The translations under genes and the position numbers were made by a program. Under the pieces are notes generated by a model. The model saw only the letters and a list, made by a program, of their open reading frames with translations, made no database searches and was not told the DNA's origin. This document shows positions 23,887 to 35,943 of a stretch of 58,244 nt of DNA, one piece after another. Each line of letters begins with the position of its first letter. The first letter of the stretch is position 1. The DNA is from Chiloscyllium plagiosum (taxonomy: Eukaryota). Where the stretch lies: contig NC_057718.1 of NCBI RefSeq assembly GCF_004010195.1, positions 102,840,077 through 102,898,320 of the forward strand, given 5' to 3'.

Positions 23887-24174
23887 TCATGCAAAATGAA
23901 TTGGTTAGCCATTGTCAGCAGTGTCACTTTGTTAGGCAGGAAAGGACGGAAGTCACAGCAAAATCCCACAGATATGGCTGCCATATTGTTATGTATCTAT
24001 AAAGCCAAGGCCACATTTATTCCCAGATGTAAGCATCCTTCATTAGTTGAATTTGTACAGCCTCAAGGTGTTGGGTTTGGAGGAACAAGGATGACAGAAA
24101 GTGGTTAGCCTCTCAGTAGGATTCCCAGCACCCCATAGTTGGAATGATCATCTCAGGTCTGCTGTCAACTGCAG

Positions 24175-24552
24175 GACTATCCACTCTATCCATGCCCCTC
24201 ATTATTTTGCATACTTTTACCAGGTCACCCCACAGCCTCCAATGCTGTATCAAAAACAATCCAAGTTTGTCCAACCTCTCCTAATAGCTGATACATTCCA
24301 ATTCTGGCCACATCCTGGTAAACTTCTTCTGCACTCTCTCCAGAGCCTCCACAGCCTTCCCATAGTATGGTAATCAGAACTGCACAAAATGCTCCAAATG
24401 TGGCCTAACCGAAGTCTTATGCAGCTGCAACATGATTTGCCAACCTGTACACTCAGTGCTGCAACCAATGAAGGTAAACTCCTTCGTTATCACCTTATCC
24501 ACTTGTGTTGCCACTTTCAGGGAGCTATGGATTGCTCTGTATATCAATGCTC
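24175..24552 (-). mobile_element. CR1 LINE fragment (host of the LTR element)
   Basis: IHSSLKVATQVDKV..IMLQLHKTSVRPHLEHFVQF in ORF 24374-24661; ends at the LTR edge. Confidence 0.8.
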
Positions 24553-25244
24553 TGTTACGACACCAGGTAATCTTCCTGCTTAATTTAAACCAGCAACACA
24601 GAAAAGATTTATCCCGTGCAGTAATCTGTGAAAATTCGAGAGGCCAAGAACTATTTAACAACTTTATTTCTTAAAGTATAACAGAGAATAATTAACTAAC
24701 AACTATTTGCAACTCCTGCCTCGAACTTATCTTTTACCTTCCCTTCTATAAAACTAGTCTGATAAAACCTCTGATTAAGATTTACCAAAAATTCAAATTT
24801 TCAAAACCAGTCCGGTGTCGAATCTTCTCATTATATCTTCCTCTGTCTTCTTTTCTTCTTCTTAGGGATTTCTGCTTCACAGGTTACTAATTGATAAAGG
24901 TACCTTTAAGAGAGCTCTTCTCCAGGCAGTCTGCAGCTGCTGCAGGCTTGGCAGTCCTCCTCCCGACTGGGCAATTTTCCCCTGTCTTATATTCCCCCAA
25001 CTATCAGATTGTGGCACTGGCTTTTAAGATTGTCAATATACTAAATTCAAACTTGATTGGAGTTTGGGATTTTTCGGGGTATAATTTAAACTGATTGGCC
25101 TAATTCGAATTGGCTTTGTTGTCTCCAGGCAACCAGCTAATCGAGTTGTTTGACCAAATGTTACATTATATCTTGTTTAGAAACTTGGCGTTGTGTCAGG
25201 TAGTTCTGCTAGCTTTTAACTCTCTTACAGTACACCCACATCTT
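24553..25244 (-). repeat. 3' LTR of the Gmr1-like element (inner terminus missing)
   Basis: Starts TGTTA at 24553, colinear with the solo LTR 9988-10691 up to acacccacatctt; AATAAA on the minus strand at 24663-24668. Confidence 0.9.
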
Positions 25245-25419
25245 AAGAAAAAATGAACCATTATAATGAAAAGATGGCTCCTTTTTTTCTCTATTCTTTA
25301 AACACATTACCTAACATACTGAAAGCTCTAATCTAAGTTTACCTTAACTTCTTGCCATATAATTACATATTATATATATTTATATCCATTAAATAAATAT
25401 AAATCTCATCTAAACTCTA

Positions 25420-25980
25420 TCAGTTAAATCCACGATAACGCATCTTGCGACCTGCAACATATATGATTTTTAAATTAAAAGTCTGTAACATAAGACATGA
25501 ACGAAAAAGTCTCATGTTCTTGTCTTTAAAGAGTCCTAAGAAGGTAAGCGGATTGTGATCCGTGTACACAACTGTCTCCGCCACATCGTTTGTGACATAC
25601 ACGTTAAAATGTTGTAAGGCCAGGGCCAAACTCAATTGTTCTTTGTCAATTGTGGAGTATTTCCTCTGGTGAGTGTTGATCTTCTTTGAACAGTAACCAC
25701 CTGGCAGCTCAATCCCAACCTCCTCTTCCTGTGGGAGTACAGCTCCAACTCCAATGTCACTAGCATCAATGGCGACTTTAAAAGGTTATGAAAAATTTAG
25801 TGTAGTTAAAACTGGTTTGGTGATTACTATGGCTTTCAAATGGTCGAATGCCTCCTGGCATGTCTCTCTCCACTGAAACTGTGTGTTCTCCTTCAGCAAA
25901 TCGGTTAATGGTGCCACTACACTGCTGAGGTTTGGAACAAACTTTTGATAGAATCTGCTGAGTCCTAAGAATCGAAGCAC
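25420..25980 (-). pseudogene. Gypsy RT thumb/connection and RNase H remnant
   Basis: LRFLGLSRFYQKFVPNLSSVVAPLTDLLK; AIDASDIGVGAVL (about 25735-25775); VYTDHNPLTFL. Confidence 0.9.
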
Positions 25981-26139
25981 CTCTTTCTTCGAGTTTGGTC
26001 ACGGAAATTCCTGGATGGCCTTTGTCCTTGCGTTCCGTGGGGTTGACTTTCCATGACTGATGTTATGTCCCAAGACTGTCACTTCTACTTTTGCAAATTC
26101 AGTTTTGTTTAAGTTTATCACCAGTTTTGCTTCTCACAG

Positions 26140-26961
26140 TCATTCAAAGAGCTCTGCCAACTGTACCATGTGATCTTTCCATGGCTTGCTAAAGATCACT
26201 ACATCATCCAAATACACAGCGCAGTTTGTTAACCCAGCCACAACTCTGTTCATGAGGCTTTGGAATGTGGTGGGTGCTTTCTTCATTCCAAAGGGCATCA
26301 CTTTAAACTGATACAGACCATTTGGGGTTACAAACGCAGATGTTTCTTTTGCCATCTCTGATAAAGGTACCTGCCAGTAACCACGCATTAAGTCCAACTT
26401 GGTGATGTAACTGGTTTGTCCGACTTTCTCAATTCGGTCCTCCAATCTAGGAATTGGATAGAAGTCTGATTTTGTAACGGCGTTGACCTTCCGATAATCC
26501 ATGCAGAATCGTTGAGTCCCAGCCGGTTTGGGAACTAAGGCGATCGGTGAACTCCACTGACTCTGGCTTGGTTCGATGATGTTCACGTTGAGCATGGCCT
26601 CCACCTCAATCTTGACCTGTCTGGCTTTGAGAGGATTAAGCTGATAGGGGTGTTGTTTTATCGGAGCAGTATTCCCTATGTCTACGTCATGTACAATAGC
26701 ATTAGTCCTTCCCATCTGATTGTTACGTATGTCCTTATACTGCGGTAAGAAATCTTTCAACTGTGTTCTGTACTCCTGAGACAGATAGCTTACTAACCTA
26801 TCCCACTCCTCAAGGACCTCTTCATTTGTTAACCTATTTTGAGGCACATCAAGATCCACATCATCTGGATTTGATTCGTCACCCTGCGGGGCAGTAACTA
26901 ACACCTGTTTCTCCAGTTCTTTCTCTCTGGTATTATACAGTTTCAACATGTCACATGACAT
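26140..26961 (-). pseudogene. Gypsy reverse transcriptase remnant
   Basis: 273-aa ORF with IEPSQSQWSSPIALVPK, RFCMDYRKVN, LDLMRGYWQV, MPFGMKKAPTTFQ, YLDD. Confidence 0.95.
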
Positions 26962-27367
26962 ACCTGATACCTTTTTTCCTATCTGGTATCTTTACTAGAT
27001 AATTCACCTGGCTCAACTTTTTCTCAGTTTGTTAGGGATCACTAAACCTGGTTTTGAAGGGAAATCCTATCACTGGTTACGGTACTAACACGTCATCCCT
27101 TCGGGAAACATCTGGTCTCAGAGCTTTTATTCTGCCACCTTCTTCATTCTACACTGTGCCCTTTTTAGGTGCTGTTTAGCTAATTCACCTTCCCGAGTTA
27201 ATCTCTCCCTCACTTCCAATAAATAATCTAAGTGTGAGATCTCCGACTTTGGTCCTGTCAATTTTTTAAAAAAATTAATTTCAAAGGGCCTCTCACTTCA
27301 TGCTCAAATATTAACTTGAAGGGAGTGAACTGAGTGCATTAGTTTGGGGCATCTCTAATGGCAAACA

Positions 27368-27960
27368 TTATGACTGAGATCCCTTTATCCCAATCAGTCG
27401 GGTAATCCTGCAGTATGTTGTCAACATGGTCTCCAGGGTCTGAAGCCACCTTTCTAAAGCTCCCTGGGATTCAGGATGATACGCACTGGATTTAAAGTGC
27501 TGTATACCTAAGCTATCCATAACCTCCTTAAACAGCCTCGCAGTAAAATTTGACCCTTGGTCAGACTGAATCTCTCTGAGTAGCCCATACCGTGTGAAGA
27601 AAGCTACTAACTCCTCTATCACCTTTTAGCCTTGATACTCCGTAATGGAATTGCCTCCGGAAATCTGGTAGACACATCCATTATCGTTAATAAATGCTGG
27701 TTCCCACTTTTAGTTCTCGGGAGGGGACCTACACAATCAATTATAACCCGTGTGAAAGGTTCTTCAAATATGGGAATTGGCAACAAAGGGGCTGGTTTTA
27801 TTATTGCCTGTGACTTACCTGCCATTTGGCATGTGAGACACATACGGCAGAAGTTAGCCACACCCTTGTGCATTCCAGGCCAATAAAAATGCTTTTATAC
27901 CTTAGCCTGAGCCTTTCCTACCCCTAGGTAACCTCCTCCAGATAGTTCAGGTGTTACCTG
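27368..27960 (-). pseudogene. Gypsy integrase remnant (HHCC zinc finger plus DDE core), frameshifted near 27620
   Basis: HFYWPGMHKGVANFCRMCLTCQ; PFTRVIIDCVGPLP; IQSDQGSNF; AYHPESQGALER. Confidence 0.93.
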
Positions 27961-30639
27961 TAACACTTCCTGTCTGTATGCTACCGGCAACATAATCTGG
28001 TGTACTTCGGCCCCTCTTTCCTCTGCACTAACCTGCTGTGGTCTCTATTTCTGCCTTAGGATTTTATCTTTAAGATAATAACCCTCCAGAATATTCTCTG
28101 CCTTCTTTTCGGAGTACACATCCACATACATATCTTTTATCGTTTTGACTTGCTTTTGCAAGTATCTTAGATTTTCAGGACTAAATACTTCTGTCTGACC
28201 CTCTGCCTGTTCAGGTTTTTCCTGCACCATTACATCAAACAGGGTATCCACTAACTGAACCTCAACTCCTTTATCTTTCTCTTTACTTTTCGTTTAGTGC
28301 CATGACTTATGACAGTGGGAATTTGGTTACCACAGAGTCTGGGAAAATACCAGGATATTTCTATTCTAACTCCTCAGTTTCTTGGTCTTCCTTGGTCTTC
28401 TCCACAGCATGGATGTCACTCCCACCTGGATCCTGCCAAATCATTCCCAAGAACAAACTGAATTCCTGGAACTGACCCTCTGTCAATCACTCCCACTGTT
28501 CCTTCCCCAGTCTGAGTTGGCACTCCAACCTGATCTGTCATTCGCTGCTGCTCCCATACTCAAATTCCTTCTGCACTCACCAACCTCCCATCAACTGTTC
28601 TCTCTTGTATTCTTTCTCCTGATTCTTTGATCGATGATTCTAAAGGGTTTGAAAATCAAACCCCCTGGTTATGACCACAACAATTTAAATGTTAATTCAA
28701 ACATTGCTGCAATGGCCCCTCTTGGGGTTTATGTGAATGTAATCACCCAAGATCAATGGATACAATTTTCCCATCTTTGGAACAATGCAGATTGGAAAGA
28801 AAGTCGGGAGGATCATGTGAGATTAGCAGGTCAGGACCATCTCATCAATGAGAGCCAGAAGTTCTATTTTCCAACCAAGTGTTGAAGGATTAGAAGGATT
28901 CTCTCTAGTGATTGGTGAGGGGTGTATTTACATGCACGTGTATCCTCACTATTCCCTCATCTCATCTCATAGATACGCAGTTTCACTTTCTCCCACCTGC
29001 CTCAGAGAAACTAGGCAACGACAGTTCCTGACATGGAACGCGGAATAGGTAACTGGTCACACCAGCTCACCGTTAGCTCCTTCAGATCTGCATCACTCGC
29101 CAACATCTCAGGCCACACTCCACGAGCAGTGACTGCATACACCCCATCATGCAGCAGAACCTCCAGGTGCCCAAGAGCGAAACAGGGGGCCAGTTACCCT
29201 TTATCAAAATGGCCTGGACAAATAAAATAAACCACACAGGGCAGCTGTGGATGGCTACCATTTGACTGGATGCACAATTGGGCTTTAAAGATGCCAGCAG
29301 TACCAAGAAACCCAGGAGGTGCCTGCAGTGAACAATACTCTGTCCTGTGGTGACTGGAAAAATATAGTGAGTGGGGCACTGTGAGGACATAGTGGTAGTT
29401 AGCTTTGGGAAGGCAGTGTGAGAAAACTTGTTAGGATTCACAGAGAGAAACTCTCCTTGAATTAAGAATCTAAAATTAGCCAACTTCTCTCAAGATTCAG
29501 CCCAATAAGTTTGGGCAGTTACTTTCCTTTATCCGAGGGATATCAGTCCAGATTGGCTGTCAGAAACCTAACAGAAACCTGCAAACTCTCACGCCATATC
29601 AATGCAATCCTGGAAAGTAACATTTAATTCCATTGTATCACTTTTAACATATGCTACTTGAAGTTTCCATTAACATTGTCGTTTAAAATTGGAGGAACGC
29701 AGATATATTTGTTGGTTCAAGGGTTGAAGGAAATTGCAGATGTATATTAGAAAATCTCATCATTCTTAGGTTCAGTGCAAATCTATAGCTAACTAAATGG
29801 TTAGCTGAACTATAACTAACCATTTTTAAGTGGTTGGCATTGAATTTGACTTTTATTAAATCGTTTCCAATAACTGTTGGCTAAGTTAAGCATGCTTACA
29901 ATGACAAATTATTACTCCATGTCTCGTCTTTTGGTTTGAAGCATACATATGTCTTCCAGGATCATTTATCCAGATAGCTATTGTGTTTGCTACACCTTAA
30001 TCTGCTGCCAGGAGATCAAGGGGAATTGAATTTGCCAGATTTAACATCAAAACCAGAATCCCACAGTTAGTGACTACTGTTAAGGTCAATCTCAGTTTTA
30101 AGCCTGAACTCCTTGTTTGGGAATCCAGCATCCGATCTGTAAATAAATTTAAGAAGCCAGCAAACCTGAGACACTGCAAAGAAATGTTAGACTAGTGAAA
30201 ATGTAAATGCTTTTGTCGAAATATAGAGGATCTCAACTTTAAACAGCCTGGAAAAAACAACTATCCAATGACTTGCTTTTTCTGAATCACACAATATCAA
30301 TAACTTCTCCTTTGATAGACATGGCGTACTGCTGTTTTCTCAGGCTTAATTGAATGACTACACTCCTAATTCATTCCAAAATTGTGATGAGAGTTGATAA
30401 TTAAAGCATAAAATGGGCATGTTGCATTGAGTAGTCAGGTTGGGACTGGACTCAGAGGACGTCTTTGTATTTGTGCAGTGTTTAGTTATTATTTGGGCAG
30501 GCTGAATTCTCTCAGGTGTGTCTGCACTCATGGTATTTGGAAGTGAGAAACTTCCTCATTTTGGCTTCTGGTACATAGAGCTAACCCTTTAGATGCTGAA
30601 GCACCACTCAATAGTTCCTTGTACTACTTCCAATATTTT

Positions 30640-31955
30640 TACATAGAAACATAGAAATCAGGTATGGTGTGGGCCATTCGGCCCTTTTGAGCCTGCTAGA
30701 GTCATAGAGTCATAGAAACCTTCAGTCCAACTCATCCATGCAGACCAGATATCCTAACTGAATCTATTCCCATTTGCCAGCACTTGGTCCATATTATTCT
30801 ACAACCTTCCTATTCCTATATCCATCCAGATGCCTTTTAAGTGCTGTTATTGTACTAGTCTCCACCACATCCTCTGGCAGCACATTCCATACACGACCAG
30901 CCTCAGTGTGAAAACGTTGTCCCTTAGGTCCCTTTTATATCTTTCCTCTCTCACCCTAAACCTATGCCCTCTAGTTCTGGACTCCCCCACCCTAGAGAAA
31001 AGACCTTGCCTATTTATCCTATCCATGCTCCTCATGATTTTGTAAATCCTCATAAGTTCACCCCTCAGCCTCCGATGCTCCAGAGAAAACAGCCCCAGCC
31101 TGTTCAGCCTCTCCCTATAGCTCAAATCCTCCAACTCTGGCAACATTCTTGTAAATCATTTGTGAACCCTTTCAAGTTTCACAACATCTTTCCAATAAGA
31201 AGGAGAACAGAATTGCACACAGTATTCCAACAGTGGCCTAACCAATGTCCTATGAAGTCAGAACATGACCTCCCTACTCCTATTCTCAATATTCTGACCA
31301 ATAAAGGAAAACATACCAACTGCCTTCTTCACTATCCTAACCATCTGCGACTCTACTTTCAAGGAACGATGAACCTGCACTTCAAGGTCTCTTTGTTCAG
31401 CAACACTCCCTAGACCTTATCGTTAAGTGTATAAGTCCTGCTAAGATTTGCTTTCCCAAAATGCAGCACCTCGCATTTATCTGAATTAAACTCCATCTGC
31501 CACTCCTCAGCCCATTGGCCCATCTGATCAAGATCCCGTTGTAATCTGAGGAAACCCTCTTCGCTGTCCACTACACCTCCAATTTTGGTTGCATCTGCAA
31601 ACTTACTAACTGTACCTCTTATGCTCGCATCCAAATCATTTATATAAATGACAAAAAGTAATGGACTCAGCACCAATCCTTGTAGCACTCCACTGGTCAC
31701 AGGCCTCCAGTCTGAAAAATAACCCTCCACCACCACCCTCTGTCTTCTACCTTTGAGCCAGTTCTGTATCCAAATGGCTAGTTCTCCCTGTATTCTGTGA
31801 GATTGAACCTTGCTAATCAGTCTCTCATGGGGAACCTTGTCGAAAGCCTTACTGAAGTCCATATAGATCACATCTACTGCTCTGCCCTCATCAATCCTCT
31901 TTGTTACTTCTTCAAAAAGCTCAATCAAATTCATGAGACATGATCTTCCACGTCC
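30640..31955 (-). mobile_element. HER1-type CR1 3' 1.25 kb (RT C-terminal half), preceded by a short second CR1 tail
   Basis: ORF 31410-31982 DVIYMDFSKAFDKVPH...SGVLQGLVLSPLLFVIYINDL...KFADATK; tail agtcatagagtcatag at about 30700. Confidence 0.95.
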
Positions 31956-32014
31956 AAAACCTCTGCCATATGATAAGATCATGACTGATCCTCCATCTTA
32001 ATGTCACATTCTTA

Positions 32015-32395
32015 TAGAACATTATGAAGAGAATAGATGATATAGAAGCAGAGACATTGTTTCCACTGGCAGGTGAAACTAGAACTAGGGAGCACAGCCT
32101 CAAAATAAGGAGGAGCGGATTTCGGACTGAGCTGAGGAGGACCTTCTTCACCCAGAGGGTTGTGAATCTATGGAATTCCCTGCCCAGGGAAGCAGTTGAA
32201 GCGACCTCGTTGAATGTTTTTGAGGTAAAGATAGATAGACTTTTGAGCAGTAAAGGAATTAATGATGATGATGAGCGGGTGGGTAAGTGGAGTCGAGTCC
32301 ATGAAAAGGTCAGCTATGATCTTATTGAATGGTGGAGCAGGTTTGAAGGGATAGATGGCCTACTCCTACTCCTATTTCTTATTTTCTTATGTTCC
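32015..32395 (+). mobile_element. CR1 LINE 3' fragment
   Basis: LFPLAGETRTREHSLKIRRSGFRTELRRTFFTQRVVNLWNSLP. Confidence 0.88.
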
Positions 32396-32870
32396 TGCTT
32401 TCTCCTTATACCCTTGATTTTTAAAAAATATTAACATGTATCAATTTTTTGCTTGAAGATATCCAGTGACTTGGCCTCCACAGCCTTATGTGGTAAAGAA
32501 TTCCACAGGTTCACTCCCCTCAGAGTGAAGAAATCTTTTACTATCTCAGTCCTAAATGGCCCGCCCTGTATCCTGAGACTCTGTGCCCTGTTTCTAGACT
32601 CCCCCAACCAGGGAAACATCCTCCCCATCTCTAGTCTGTCTCGCCCTCTTAGAATTTTCTGTGTTTCAAGTAGATTCCTTCTCATTCTTTCAAATTCTAG
32701 TGAATACAGTCAAACTAATCTCTCATTGGACAGTCCAGCCAAGCCCAGTGAACCTCTGCTGGACTCTCTCTATAGAGATTATATCCTTTCTTAGGTGGGG
32801 AGACCAAAACTGCTTGCAAGATTCTAACTTGCCTCTGTATAACTGCAATAGGACATCCGTCTTCCTGAAT
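32396..32870 (-). mobile_element. CR1 LINE 3' fragment
   Basis: MRRNLLETQKILRGRDRL..RMFPWLGESRNRAQSLRIQGGPFRTE..NLWNSLP. Confidence 0.85.
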
Positions 32871-33212
32871 TGGTGGAGGTGTTGGCATGGTGGTCACGTC
32901 ATTAGACCTTAGCGATCTAGTACCTGGAGATATGGGATCAAATCCAACCACAGCAAAATTCAATTTAAACAAAAGGAGGAATATTGGAACCAAAAACTTG
33001 CCCATGGTGAATGTGTGTTGACTCCTCAGCTCAGTCTTAAATGGGCTTGCTCCTTATTCTGAGACAGTGTCTGCTTGTTCTGAACGTGTTCTGGATTCCT
33101 AGCCATAAGAAACATTCCTTTTGAATTCATCCTTTTGAGGCTTTTAAGCATTTTATAAGTTTCAATAAGATCACTTCTCATTCGTCAAATCTCTGGAGGG
33201 TACAGGCCAAGT

Positions 33213-33539
33213 GGGCGGCACGGTGGGCGGCACGGTGGCACAGTGGTTAGCACTGCTGCCTCACAGCGCCTGAGACCCGGGTTCAATTCCCGCCTCAGGC
33301 GACTGACTGTGTGGAGTTTGCACGTTCTCCCCGTGTCTGCGTGGGTTTCCTCCGGGTGCTCCGGTTTCCTCCCACAGTCCAAAAGATGTGCAGGGTCAGG
33401 TGAATTGGCCATGCTAAATTGCCCGTAGTGTTAGGTAAGGGGTAAATGTAGAGGTATGGGTGGGTGTCGCTTCGGCGGGTCGGTGTGGACTTGTTGGGCC
33501 GAAGGGCCTGTTTCTACACTGTAATGTAATCTAATCTAA
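33213..33539 (+). mobile_element. Young HE1-type SINE with a duplicated 5' 12-mer
   Basis: Many CpGs retained, full head-body-tail; gtgggcggcacg appears twice; aagt flanks both sides. Confidence 0.95.
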
Positions 33540-33599
33540 AAGTCTTTGAATGTCCAATCCCTTCACAGGATGGAGTAAAAACTTTCTGCTTCTTCATTG

Positions 33600-33760
33600 A
33601 ACATACACTTGAACTGTCCAGAATTGACTGCCACCCTCTTCTGCCTGGCTGAGCTTGTAGATGCAGTGAACAATTTCTCTTTTGCCTTGTCTCACATCCT
33701 CCAAGTAAAAGATGTAGCTACGGGCACACACATGGGGCCCCAGTTATACCTGTGACTACA
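33600..33760 (+). mobile_element. Penelope-like RT fragment
   Basis: LAELVDAVNNFSFALSHILQVKDVATGTHMGP resembles the PLE RT motif N.F.F....Q..G.AMG..MGP. Confidence 0.65.
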
Positions 33761-34304
33761 GTGGGGAACATCGAGTATTCTTTCTCCCAGTTAAGAGGTA
33801 TGATGCTTAACATTCAATGTATAATCCACATTGTTCTCAGAACATGATTATTTCTGCTCTGCCGTCTATCAGCACCTTGAATAGTAAACAAGGAGTGGTA
33901 GGCTGGCATTGTCCATGGAATGCCAACACATGGCACCATTGATTGCAGATAGCTATTCTGTGTTCCCTGCATTTTTAAGGTGTGTTGGCTTGCTGTTGGG
34001 AGCATTATTTCTTTAAACCAGATTGCAAAAGATTGTTACAATGATTTTCTACTCAATGAGCAGCTTCTAAAAAGACAGGATCTCTTCAATGTGACAATGC
34101 CCAGTATATTTTTACAGAACATGCTGGATTTCAAGATGATATCATGGTGAGCAAAAGCTGTTAACACACTTGCTCTACAGAGGGCAGTATGAGACCATAA
34201 ACATTATAAATAAGCTCCAAAATAAATATGAACACAAATCCATCTACGTGCACAAAAGAAAAAGCACACACACATACATTTAGAAACACAATAAAAGCAC
34301 CAAC

Positions 34305-34845
34305 GTAAAAGCGAAGTGTTGCGGATGCTGGAGATCTGAAATAAAAAGCAGACAATGCTGGAGAAACTCAGCAGCTCGGGCAGCATCTGTGGAGAGTGAA
34401 ACAGAGTTAATGTTTCGAGCACAATGTGACCCTTTGTTTGGAACTGAAGGGAGCTGGAGTGACAGTATTTATGCTCTTGAGAAAGGGAGAAGAAGGAACG
34501 AGTGGAACAGCTCGTAAAGAAACTCAGAGTAAAAGGCAACGCGAGTGCTAATGGGAGCAGAGGAAAGATATGGGTGAAAGGTCGGTGTTAATAGCAGAAA
34601 ATAGGTCAGCTCTACTGAGAGCAAACCCAACAGGATGGTCTGTGAAGGATTTCCAGAGTGGTTCTCAGCAGGTCCTGGAGCATATGAGGAGAGAGAAAAT
34701 AGCGTTAACATTTGACATCCAGCAGCTAGAAATGTTAACTCATCCTGAAGAAGGGTCACTGGACTTGAAATGTTAACTCTGATTTCTCTCCAAAGGTGCT
34801 GCTGGACCGGCTGAGTTTCTCCAGTAACTTCTGCTTTAGTTTTGA
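34305..34845. mobile_element. Penelope-like pLTR pieces in inverted arrangement
   Basis: Minus-strand copy 34305-34445 and plus-strand copy 34741-34845 (CTGAAGA-A-GGGTC-ACTG-GACTT-GAAATGTTAACT). Confidence 0.7.
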
Positions 34846-35589
34846 TGTTGTCCTTTCCCATAGTGTCCCAGTAACACTGTCACATACCTGAGTCATAGAG
34901 TCATATAGCATGGAAACAGACCCTTCGGTCCATGCCCTCCATAATCCCAAACTTAACCATGAGCCTTAAACTTGGATTCACTTTCCAGCCTGCAGGATTG
35001 TCCTAGCCTCTTACATTGACTTATCTCAGTCTTTCAATCTCCTGTGTTCTGCAGAACTGCAACTTCAGAGGCAATTTCTGTAGACAGCTGAAGGATAACA
35101 CAATTTCCCTCACACTGGTGTGTTCGGAACTTGTAGAATTGTTCAGATGTCAATGCCACTTCCACTCCCATCTTGGATAATCTGGCTTCATAATCACTGA
35201 TAACTTGTGGCATCATCTGGTTGTTAACATTTCCCAAACTGATCATGGGTCAGGATTTAAGTCAACCTATTCCATCCAGGCATTGAGGTTAATGCCCATT
35301 AAGGGGAAGAAATTGTGGGGGTAGGGAAAAAGCAATTGGTTTAACCAACAGGTCAAAGCTCTTCTAGAAACAGCCAGCACAGACTGGATGGGCAAGGCAG
35401 TTGTAATTGGACAGGGCTTTGGCAAGACCACATCTGGAATACTGTGTGCAGTTTTAGTCTCCAAATTTAAAGAAGGACATACCTACGTTGGAGTAAACAG
35501 ACATAAAAGTGTGATTGAAAAGATGCCAACTGTGATAAATTACAAATCCCAGTTCAACACATACACTTGCTCTCTGCAGGGAACTTAAT

Positions 35590-35850
35590 ATCTTATTTAT
35601 TCTTGCTCGCCCATCACTAATTGCCCCTAAACTGGCTTGCAGGGTTATGTCAGAGGGCAGTTAGGAGTGAGCCACACTAATGGACACATAGATATTATTA
35701 ACCAATCTGATCGGACATACTGTGTCACACCCCTGGGGCTTGAACCTGGATCCTCTGGCCAGGGGCATTATCACTGTACCACAAGAGCCCTTTAATGGGG
35801 TCATATGTAGGTCAGATCAGATAAGGATGGCAGATTTCCTTCCCTTAAAT
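35590..35850 (-). mobile_element. SINE family B 3' half (5' half at about 39700-39895), containing a short family C SINE at about 35680-35792
   Basis: aggatggcagatttccttccc before the CR1 continues as agtgaaccaga after it, as in the uninterrupted copies at 22280-22320 and 46840-46868. Confidence 0.65.
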
Positions 35851-35943
35851 GTATAATATAGTCATAGAGTGATAGAGATGTACAGCATGAAAACAGACCC
35901 TTCGGTCCAACTCGTCCATGCCGACCAGATATCCCAACCCAAT

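Larger units (their letters stand above)
24553..28500 (-). mobile_element. 5'-truncated Gmr1-like Ty3/Gypsy LTR retrotransposon (protease end - integrase - RT - RNase H - 3' LTR)
   Basis: On the minus strand, in order: VGVIDRGSVPGIQFVLGNDLAG (about 28430-28496), integrase (about 27370-27960), RT (26140-26700), RNase H (25420-25780), LTR 24553-25244. Confidence 0.92.

Noticed and set aside
9988..25244. A single 15-kb LTR element bounded by the two similar LTRs
   Set aside because: The pol domains lie outside this interval, the first LTR has its own flanking duplication, and the sequence between them is a mix of unrelated repeats
30964..31413. Recurrent Pro/Gln-rich ORFs (also 16557, 23652, 36089) suggesting a gene family
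   Set aside because: Antisense frame of HER1-type CR1 ORF2 copies
33213..33295. tRNA gene
   Set aside because: tRNA-like head of an HE1 SINE; continues into SINE body and LINE-derived tail
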